Below are positions 29,206-35,479 of a stretch of 64,000 bases of DNA, piece by piece. Below the pieces are notes generated by a model. The model did not search any database. It was given only the letters and a program-made list of their open reading frames with translations, and had not been told where the DNA came from. Positions within the stretch are counted from its first letter, which is position 1, and each line of letters opens with the position of its first letter. The DNA comes from an uncultured virus (IMG/VR IMGVR_UViG_3300028920_000028) (lineage: Duplodnaviria > Heunggongvirae > Uroviricota > Caudoviricetes): the IMG/VR virus record IMGVR_UViG_3300028920_000028; one strand, written 5' to 3'. Both the position numbers and the translations under genes were made by a program.

Positions 29206-29771
29206 GCAAGAAACTGAAGCAGCCCGCGGAGGACAGCCTGCGCGGGAGACTCCTCAAACGCCTCAGCGAGGCGGGCGGGACGGGGGCCACCGGAAGCGAA
29301 CTGGCGGTCTCCGCCGGCGACCAGACGGGCAAGAACCTCGGGCTGGTGCAGACCACGGTGTACGGCCTGCGGCAGCTGGGCATCCGCATCGACTTCGACA
29401 GCGAGCGCTACATCCTCAAGGGGCGCGGCGACTCGTACACGAGGTACAGCAAGGACGGGAAGTGGACCCCGGTGAGCCGCAGAAAAAGGGCGAAGAGGTC
29501 GTCGGGCAAGAAGGTCAGCCTCGTGCAGCAGACCCAGCGGCCGCGCAGACCCGCCGACACGACGAAGCCCGTGGCCAAGCAGGTCGGCGCCGGCATCTTC
29601 GTCATCCGCAAGGGCGAGTTCAAGAAGGCCCTGGACCTGCTGCCCCACAAGCAGCGGGAGGGGCTGATCAAGCTCGGCCGCCGCGTCGAGGCCTACAACG
29701 AGGTCTGCGGGCGCGTCATGCGGATGAACGACGAGATGAGGAAGGAACTCGAGGCCCTGACGGAGGAGTAG
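29202..29771 (+). CDS. Winged-HTH protein with C-terminal coiled coil (189 aa)
   Basis: RLLKRLSEAGGTGATGSELA...LVQTTVYGLRQLGIRIDFDSERYILKG; ATGA overlap. Confidence 0.75.
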   Translation: MSKKLKQPAEDSLRGRLLKRLSEAGGTGATGSELAVSAGDQTGKNLGLVQTTVYGLRQLGIRIDFDSERYILKGRGDSYTRYSKDGKWTPVSRRKRAKRSSGKKVSLVQQTQRPRRPADTTKPVAKQVGAGIFVIRKGEFKKALDLLPHKQREGLIKLGRRVEAYNEVCGRVMRMNDEMRKELEALTEE

Positions 29772-29798
29772 CGCCGGGGGCGGTTCCGGGAGGGGCCG

Positions 29799-29834
29799 CG
29801 GCGCGGGCGTCGACATCGAGCCCGCGCCGTTTTT
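29799..29834 (+). terminator. Intrinsic terminator after the GHKL operon
   Basis: CGGCGCGGGC...GCCCGCGCCG stem followed by TTTTT. Confidence 0.7.
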
Positions 29835-29848
29835 CAACGGGGGCAGCC

Positions 29849-30100
29849 ATGGGCGAACGCGTCAACAAGGCGGTCAGGGGCCGCATCCTCAACCGGGTCA
29901 TGAACCCCGTGAGGCGCCATCTCTCCGTCTCGGTCGACGCATGGTCGGCGACGGGCGTGGAAGCGGCCAGGTGGCCCACCAACGTGCTGCTGAGGTCGCG
30001 CCTGATGCCGGTCGTGGACAGGGCAAGGAGCGCCACGGCCATATGGCACCAGAGGGTGTCCGCGATGTTCGCCGACAGATATGCGGATCCCCCCTCATGA
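29849..30100 (+). CDS. Small Arg/Val-rich hypothetical protein (83 aa)
   Basis: MGERVNKAVRGRILNRVMNPVRRHL...; coupled to the next ORF. Confidence 0.55.
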   Translation: MGERVNKAVRGRILNRVMNPVRRHLSVSVDAWSATGVEAARWPTNVLLRSRLMPVVDRARSATAIWHQRVSAMFADRYADPPS

Positions 30101-30363
30101 ACATGAGATGGTACGAAAGGCTCATACTGACGGGTGACGGCGCTCTGGTCAACAAGGCCCGATCCGAACTTTTTATCACGAGTCTGAGGAGGAGGGTGCT
30201 CGCCTCCACGACGGGACGCAAAAGGCTAGGGGACCGGCCGGTGACGGCCGTCCCGCAGGACAGGATACGGATCCGGATCAACGACTACACGTGGCCCGTG
30301 AGGTCGGCCGTGCGCAGCGGAGTCCGGCGCAGACTCGAGGGGAGGGGCAATGAGCATGCTTGA
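30097..30363 (+). CDS. Small Arg-rich hypothetical protein (88 aa)
   Basis: MNMRWYERLIL...; ATGA overlap. Confidence 0.5.
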   Translation: MNMRWYERLILTGDGALVNKARSELFITSLRRRVLASTTGRKRLGDRPVTAVPQDRIRIRINDYTWPVRSAVRSGVRRRLEGRGNEHA

Positions 30364-30556
30364 CGGGATCCTGCGCGGCCTGGGGGAAGGGCTCCTCGGA
30401 GCGCTGCGCCTACTGCCGGGCCTCGCGAGGAAGCGAGACAGAGTGCTTGGCTGGTGGGTGGAACACGACGAGGACGGCATCCCGTCCTTCCGTTTGGTGG
30501 ACAAAGTGAGAGATCTGCCGCGCTGGCTCCAGAGGGATCGCCGAAAGGGCAAATAG
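30350..30556 (+). CDS. Hypothetical protein (68 aa)
   Basis: ORF track; GGAGGGG ribosome-binding site. Confidence 0.6.
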   Translation: MSMLDGILRGLGEGLLGALRLLPGLARKRDRVLGWWVEHDEDGIPSFRLVDKVRDLPRWLQRDRRKGK

Positions 30557-30605
30557 CCGGGGGCGGCTCGCAAAAGGCGCATTATGGACGGGAGGGGAAA
30601 CAGCC

Positions 30606-30827
30606 GTGAACGCGCATCCGAAGATCGGCGAGGTGCGCCCGGGGCCGCGGGCCCGGGCCAAGCTGGATGAGTACCTCACGGACATGCACGGCCTCGTCGC
30701 CTATGGATTGGAGCCCGACGCCCTCCAATCCGTTTGGATCGATGTCAGGATGGAGCTCATGCGCCGGGTAGAAGTTCCGTCCACGGCCGCCGTCAGGGCC
30801 GCCCCGCACGGCACCGCCGAACCGTAG
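30606..30827 (+). CDS. Hypothetical protein (73 aa)
   Basis: ORF track; GGAGGGG ribosome-binding site, GTG start. Confidence 0.55.
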   Translation: MNAHPKIGEVRPGPRARAKLDEYLTDMHGLVAYGLEPDALQSVWIDVRMELMRRVEVPSTAAVRAAPHGTAEP

Positions 30828-30931
30828 CGGACTGTTGCATCCGCGCAACATATCCATGCAAGCGCATTGCATGGATGCAACATCAGGTTCGTGCGACCCC
30901 GCACAGGGGCGTTGACTGCCGCCAATCCCTC

Positions 30932-30947
30932 AGGCACGCTTGTTGCT
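30932..30947 (+). promoter_or_regulatory. Sigma54 (-24/-12) promoter
   Basis: AGGCACGCTTGTTGCT matches the TGGCACG-N4-TTGCW consensus with exact GG-N10-GC spacing; palindromes at 30833-30882 upstream. Confidence 0.7.
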
Positions 30948-31002
30948 TTCCTGTATCGGATCATCTTTCACAGCCATCCAAATACCAACGGAGGAGGAAG
31001 GC

Positions 31003-31263
31003 ATGCCCGGAAGAGACCAGACGGGGCCGAACGGCCAGGGACCGCTGACAGGCAGGGGATTCGGTGACTGCAACGAGGTGCTGAGGTCCGTCGGCCGCAC
31101 CCTCGGGGGCGGTTTCGGAGCAGGCTTCGGCCGCGGCTTCGGCGGCGCCTTCGGACGCGGGCGCGGGTTCGGGCCCGGCGGCCGCGGGCAGCGCAACGTC
31201 TACCGCCAGACGGGGCTGACCGGCTGGCAGCGCGGCGTCCGCAGGGGGCCGACCGACAGCTAG
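31003..31263 (+). CDS. DUF5320-family Gly/Arg-rich protein (86 aa)
   Basis: MPGRDQTGPNGQGPLTGRGFGDC N-terminus, GFGRGRGFG repeats, YRQTGLTGWQR; GGAGGAGG ribosome-binding site. Confidence 0.8.
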   Translation: MPGRDQTGPNGQGPLTGRGFGDCNEVLRSVGRTLGGGFGAGFGRGFGGAFGRGRGFGPGGRGQRNVYRQTGLTGWQRGVRRGPTDS

Positions 31264-31288
31264 GGACACGCGCGCATCGGGGTCACGA

Positions 31289-31324
31289 GGGGGGCCGCCG
31301 GCATCGGCGGCCCCCCTTCCTTTT
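31289..31324 (+). terminator. Intrinsic terminator after the DUF5320 gene
   Basis: GGGGGGCCGCCG-GCAT-CGGCGGCCCCCC followed by TTCCTTTT. Confidence 0.8.
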
Positions 31325-31331
31325 GCCCGGC

Positions 31332-31361
31332 GTTACGGCACGGGGGTGAAAAAAGTATATT
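31332..31361 (+). promoter_or_regulatory. Early-type promoter
   Basis: GTTACG-N18-TATATT with AAAAAAG before the -10. Confidence 0.55.
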
Positions 31362-31380
31362 ATGGGACGGAGGGAGTCAC

Positions 31381-31593
31381 ATGAACGGCAAACGCGCGAG
31401 GGACAGGGTGGAGGACGCGGTCGACAGCTTTATCGCCGAGCGGCTCGAGAGGGCGTGCCTAGCGGTGCCGGATCCGGTCGCGCATCGGGTGGACCACAGG
31501 GTCGCGCGGAGGATAGAGCGCAGGAGGCGCTTCGTACCATATTATCTCGGAGGCGATTCCATCGAATGGTCTTCGACGCTGGATCTGTTCTAG
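31381..31593 (+). CDS. Small Arg-rich hypothetical protein (70 aa)
   Basis: ORF track; GGAGGGAG ribosome-binding site; C-terminus resembles the next gene. Confidence 0.65.
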   Translation: MNGKRARDRVEDAVDSFIAERLERACLAVPDPVAHRVDHRVARRIERRRRFVPYYLGGDSIEWSSTLDLF

Positions 31594-31601
31594 GGGGCGG
31601 C

Positions 31602-32012
31602 ATGGCCTCGTACACACGGCGCATCACGCGGTGCATCGACGACCGGGTGAACGATCTCGTCATGAAGATGGGCACCCGCATCACGGCGGACACGGCCCAC
31701 ACCGACCACGTCCGGGTGTGGGCCTCGCGCGAAACGGACAGGATAAGCGCCTTCCCACGAGCCGGCATCAGGAGTAGGCTGCGCGCGCTTCCGGCCGCAC
31801 GGGTCGGGGTGGCCGTCGGGCGCGCGATGTGCAACGGTCTGACGCTCGGCGTGTGCAGTCGCGCCCGGGAGGCGACCGACATGCACAGGGGGGTGCTCTC
31901 GAGCGGAGTGTGGCTGCGCATCGGCCCGAAACTCCGGACCAGGGTGCCCTACAGATACTACGGCGCGACCATCAACTGGGTGTCCTCCGACGACGCGACC
32001 CCGCTGCCATGA
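31602..32012 (+). CDS. Arg-rich hypothetical protein (136 aa), partial paralog of 31381-31593
   Basis: RTRVPYRYYGATINWVSS versus RRFVPYYLGGDSIEWSS. Confidence 0.6.
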   Translation: MASYTRRITRCIDDRVNDLVMKMGTRITADTAHTDHVRVWASRETDRISAFPRAGIRSRLRALPAARVGVAVGRAMCNGLTLGVCSRAREATDMHRGVLSSGVWLRIGPKLRTRVPYRYYGATINWVSSDDATPLP

Positions 32013-32296
32013 GCGACCACACGAGTCACGCCCCTCCCAATATCGCCCGACATCCTCCAAGGGTGCGCAGATACGTGAAGCTGGCCGTCTGCGAGATGGT
32101 CTTCGGCGGCTTGAACAAGAGCGCCAGGGGCGCCTTCGGCGATGCCGCCGTAACGGCCATCAACGACAGATTCAGCGAGAGGCGGCTCCTGCAGGACAAC
32201 TTCTCCAGGGTCGCCGGGGCGCTGCGGGGCAGAGTCCTGTCCCGGGCGCGGGGCCGCTCGCTACCCCACAACCCGTCGAAGCCGGGTTTCGTGTAG
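32009..32296 (+). CDS. Hypothetical protein (95 aa)
   Basis: MSDHTSHAPPNIARHPPRVRRYVKL...; ATGA overlap. Confidence 0.5.
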   Translation: MSDHTSHAPPNIARHPPRVRRYVKLAVCEMVFGGLNKSARGAFGDAAVTAINDRFSERRLLQDNFSRVAGALRGRVLSRARGRSLPHNPSKPGFV

Positions 32297-32335
32297 GGTA
32301 ACACCCATCCCGATCATGCCCACTTTCATCATTAC

Positions 32336-32480
32336 AGTGTCATGATAGTGTCATGATTTTGTGCGTACACTGTACGTACAGCCTAACCATCGATGTTTCA
32401 ATCCCTTGCACATTTTGATGTCAAGAAATGTGCGTACGGGCGCCGTACAATGTTCGACGCTTCATGATCTTACATCAAAT
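32336..32480. repeat. AT-rich non-coding block with direct and inverted repeats
   Basis: AGTGTCATGAT x2 in tandem (32336-32357); TGTGCGTAC at 32360 and 32429; TGTACGTACA palindrome; inverted pair TTTGATGTCAAGA (32414-32426) / TCTTACATCAAA (32468-32479). Confidence 0.75.
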
Positions 32481-32485
32481 TTCAC

Positions 32486-32514
32486 TTTACAGCCAAACCC
32501 CATAAAGGTATATT
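32486..32514 (+). promoter_or_regulatory. Sigma70-like early promoter
   Basis: TTTACA-N17-TATATT. Confidence 0.7.
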
Positions 32515-32596
32515 AACGATGCGCGCACGAGTCGTACAACCGCGAAGCCCGCAGGCTCCGCGACACCACAAAACGCGTCGAGGAAGGAGTGTAGAG

Positions 32597-33208
32597 GTGC
32601 TGCGATTCCAATACAAGACCGACAACGTTTTCAACGAAGTCCTCGAGCGGGCCCTCGGGGAGACCATCGACTCCATCAAGGAGTCGCTCAGATACGAGTC
32701 CGACGGGGATGACAGGTTCGACCTCATCCAGCACATCTGGGAGGACGATATCAAGAGGGCCTTCGGCACGCCGGAGTTCCTCCTGCACGTCCTGGAGGCC
32801 CTGCTCGAGGCCCACCAGAGCAAGGATCTGTACATGCCGACAGATTGGCACTTCCTGCTTCTGGATCGGATACTGCACTCGTGGTGCGACTGCTACGGCG
32901 ACATGGCCGGCGAGGCCGACAACGACTTCCTGTTGAGGGACGACGACGGCGACCCCATCATGGAGGTCAAATTCAGGGATGTCGTGGAAACCTTCTTCTG
33001 GGACACCGACTACGACTTCCCGGCCGATCTCGCCGCGCAACTGCGGGGAACCGTGGTGCAGGAGCAGTCCGACGTGAGCGACGTCGCGCTGAACGCGTCC
33101 ATGCGGAAGTCCGTGGACTTGGAGGACGTCAACCTGGTGCCGTGGCGGGACGGGGACGACCGGGGGGAAGCCGGCTGCTGGTGGAAGGAGGAGTTGGAGG
33201 AGGCGTAG
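32597..33208 (+). CDS. Highly acidic hypothetical protein (~203 aa)
   Basis: AAGGAG ribosome-binding site, then GTG; hand count gives about 50 D+E versus about 19 K+R. Confidence 0.8.
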   Translation: MLRFQYKTDNVFNEVLERALGETIDSIKESLRYESDGDDRFDLIQHIWEDDIKRAFGTPEFLLHVLEALLEAHQSKDLYMPTDWHFLLLDRILHSWCDCYGDMAGEADNDFLLRDDDGDPIMEVKFRDVVETFFWDTDYDFPADLAAQLRGTVVQEQSDVSDVALNASMRKSVDLEDVNLVPWRDGDDRGEAGCWWKEELEEA

Positions 33209-33212
33209 TGTA

Positions 33213-33244
33213 GCCGCGCCCGTTCAAGGCGCGTGAGTTGAAAC
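33213..33244 (+). CRISPR. Solitary type I-C-like CRISPR repeat unit (candidate RNA anti-CRISPR); not an array
   Basis: GCCGCGCCCGTTCAAGGCGCGTGAGTTGAAAC, 32 nt, with a CGCGCC/GGCGCG stem and an 11-nt tail; matches the I-C layout GTCGCGCCC-N5-GGGCGCGTGGATTGAAAC. Confidence 0.7.
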
Positions 33245-33307
33245 AGGCAGGCGTCAGTTATGAGGCCGTGGCCCGCCACGGAAACACCAAACAACTCCCG
33301 ATGTACC

Positions 33308-33339
33308 GCCCCCACCGGTCGCTGACGATCGGTGGGGGC
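33308..33339. terminator. Strong hairpin between convergent transcription units
   Basis: GCCCCCACCGGTCG-CTGA-CGATCGGTGGGGGC; no clear U tract. Confidence 0.5.
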
Positions 33340-33340
33340 C

Positions 33341-33520
33341 TCATCGAAGCGTGATGACCGTCCTCTCGGATCCCGGCTCCACGTGCATGTCGACGGCCTG
33401 CCCCCAGTGCAGGGGGCCGCGGCCGTACACGGGCGTCACCGTGCGCGTCTGGCTGATCTCGACGTTTTCGTGGGTTCGGTTGTACAGGACCCTGCCGCCC
33501 CGGACGACCAGCACCGTCAC
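33341..33520 (-). CDS. Hypothetical protein (59 aa)
   Basis: Manual translation MTVLVVRGGRVLYNRTHENVEISQTRTVTPVYGRGPLHW...ITLR; GTG overlaps the upstream stop. Confidence 0.5.
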   Translation of the reverse strand: MTVLVVRGGRVLYNRTHENVEISQTRTVTPVYGRGPLHWGQAVDMHVEPGSERTVITLR

Positions 33521-33831
33521 GGGCTCCTCGACGGGGGCAACGGCACATCGGGTAGATCAAGGTCGTGATGTAGAATGCGCGTGAGTTCCCTTCTGTTGGC
33601 TGGGATCATGAGGTAGTTCTCGAAAATCTGCCTTTCAGTCTGCTTGAAGTCCTCCTTCTTGATGAAGAATACTTCGCCGCACCCGAAGCATCTGTATCCT
33701 ACCAGTTCCCTCGCGGGGTTGTCATACGGTTCTATCTGCCTGTTATTGCAAGAGTGGTTCCGTATGGCCCATAGCCACTCATCCGCATCGAGATAATGGG
33801 CGCCCATCGTCTGCCTATCCTCCGCCGCCAT
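33517..33831 (-). CDS. Small putative Zn-binding protein (104 aa)
   Basis: HSC...CFGC; AAGGGG ribosome-binding site. Confidence 0.7.
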   Translation of the reverse strand: MAAEDRQTMGAHYLDADEWLWAIRNHSCNNRQIEPYDNPARELVGYRCFGCGEVFFIKKEDFKQTERQIFENYLMIPANRRELTRILHHDLDLPDVPLPPSRSP

Positions 33832-33885
33832 GTCGATCCCCTTGTTGAGGGCTTCTGTGTGAATATACTATCTTAGAGTCGGTCG

Positions 33886-33917
33886 TCCGCGCCCGAAAAC
33901 GGTGCGCGGGTTGAAAC
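33886..33917 (+). CRISPR. Second solitary type I-C-like repeat unit
   Basis: TCCGCGCCCGAAAACGGTGCGCGGGTTGAAAC, 32 nt; shares CCGCGCCCG-N15-TTGAAACA with the unit at 33213; TATACT -10 box at 33864-33869 just upstream. Confidence 0.6.
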
Positions 33918-33941
33918 ACCAGTGAGATGGCCGCACCAGTT

Positions 33942-35276
33942 TCAATGCTCCCAAGCGCGGTAGTTCACTCCCCTCTCCTGCAGCTCCCGTATCAACGGGG
34001 CCGATGAACGGTCGTCGAACGACGGGTCATGCCATTCTACGAGCAGTTCCGAGACGTGGTCGATGGCCCCGCTGTCGAGCAGCCTGCGCACGATGCCGTA
34101 CTCGGCGCCCTCCACGTCCAGCTTCAAGACGATGTGCCTTCCCTTGAAGGACTCCACCACCGCCGCGGCGTCCACGCAGGCGACGCGCAGGGGGTTGTCC
34201 CTGTCCAGCTTCTCCTTCTTCTCGCGGAACAGCGTGCTGCCCGCATCACCCCAGCGATCCACCGCCCGGTAGAAGTCGGATGTCCCGTCGGTCGTCCACA
34301 GGCATTCGGACTTGACGGCGATGTTGTATTGCCTGTTGCGATCCCGCACTGCCTCGAGGTCGGGCAGATGCGCCGTGTCCGGCTCGTAGAAGCACACATC
34401 GCACCCCAAGAGGTCGGGTCGGTTGTTCAGGAACAGACCCACTGACTCGCCCTTGCGTGCGCCGCCGTCGATGAAGACCTTCCCGGCCCCCGGCGCCCGG
34501 CGCTCGCTCACCAACCCCATTTCCGCATACTGCCCCCATCGGTCGCCGACGATTGGCGGGAGGCGGGGATCCAGCCTCCCCAGGAACTCAAAGTAGCGCC
34601 CTCGCCCGAGGATGTCCTCGCCGCGGGACAGGAGCCGCTCTAGGCGCGCCGTGTCCTTCTTCTCGGGTGTGTTGTCCTGTGTCTCCGAGAAACTTTCCAG
34701 CTTGTACCTGATGGCGTCCACGCCGCCCAAGTAGGAGAAATGCCAGCCGGCGCGGGGTATCCACACGTGGTTGGCCCTGTGCCCGCGGAGCCTCTGCAGC
34801 GTGGTCGCGCGCACGGCGCCGATGGTCGAGACGAGCGTCCCCCTCCAGGTGTAGGGCGACATGCAGTTGAGGTAGTAGTAGAACAGAAGCTGGTCCAAGG
34901 CCACCGTGCCGTACTTTTCGGATTGCTCACACGCGTAGGGCAGCGAGTGGGGGTTGGGGATCTCGTCGACGTCCGACATCACCACGTACCTGGGGTTGAT
35001 GTCCTCCGCGGCCCTCTGGAGCGCGTCGCGGGCGGAGAACTCCCTCTCCCATGGGTTGTCGGTCGCCAGGAGTTCCGGGATTTTGCGGTACACGATCTTC
35101 TCGTGGTACGGCTTGAACCTGCCCCAGTTGGCCTCCAGGTTGAAAGGTTTGGGGTTGCCCGTGAAGGTATATGCCGACTCCACGATGACGAAGGCATCCA
35201 CGTGCGGGGCCAGCATCGCCAGGCGCATCTGCAATAGATCCAACTCATTCAGGAACAGGAAGCAGTCGGCTATCAT
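33942..35276 (-). CDS. GT17-like (beta-1,4-GlcNAc transferase) glycosyltransferase fused to an FkbM-family methyltransferase
   Basis: DCFLFLNELDLL, VESAYTFTGNPKP, MSDVDEIP, AGWHFSYLGG; then FIDGGARKG, LKLDVEGAEY, LLVEWH. Confidence 0.9.
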   Translation of the reverse strand: MIADCFLFLNELDLLQMRLAMLAPHVDAFVIVESAYTFTGNPKPFNLEANWGRFKPYHEKIVYRKIPELLATDNPWEREFSARDALQRAAEDINPRYVVMSDVDEIPNPHSLPYACEQSEKYGTVALDQLLFYYYLNCMSPYTWRGTLVSTIGAVRATTLQRLRGHRANHVWIPRAGWHFSYLGGVDAIRYKLESFSETQDNTPEKKDTARLERLLSRGEDILGRGRYFEFLGRLDPRLPPIVGDRWGQYAEMGLVSERRAPGAGKVFIDGGARKGESVGLFLNNRPDLLGCDVCFYEPDTAHLPDLEAVRDRNRQYNIAVKSECLWTTDGTSDFYRAVDRWGDAGSTLFREKKEKLDRDNPLRVACVDAAAVVESFKGRHIVLKLDVEGAEYGIVRRLLDSGAIDHVSELLVEWHDPSFDDRSSAPLIRELQERGVNYRAWEH

Positions 35277-35479
35277 GGCTTGGTTCGCTTTCTTGACCGA
35301 CCTTGCCCCCGCGCTGGTTTCGGGTTGCTTTCCTCTTCATCGGGCGCGGAGAGGGGAATCCCACGCTTTGCCCCCTTGTAGCCCCCTCTCCAAGCGCAGG
35401 CCAAGACGGGCTTTGCGCCCCACAGCGTGGGCGGGATGACGGTGCGGGGCCACTCCTTGAAGGTCATGGCGCGCCTCAA
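35273..35479 (-). CDS. Hypothetical protein (68 aa)
   Basis: Fills the gap between neighbours with 4-nt overlaps on both sides. Confidence 0.45.
   Translation of the reverse strand: MRRAMTFKEWPRTVIPPTLWGAKPVLACAWRGGYKGAKRGIPLSAPDEEESNPKPARGQGRSRKRTKP

Noticed and set aside
33213..33917. Canonical CRISPR array or cas locus
   Set aside because: The two I-C-like units are 673 bp apart and not identical, there is no regular repeat-spacer period, and no cas gene is in the window. They are reported as solitary units instead.
33939..33970. ATTGAAAC on the minus strand at the end of the GT17-FkbM gene as another repeat mimic
   Set aside because: It is formed by the last codon and stop (CAT TGA AAC), and there is no I-C-like stem before it.
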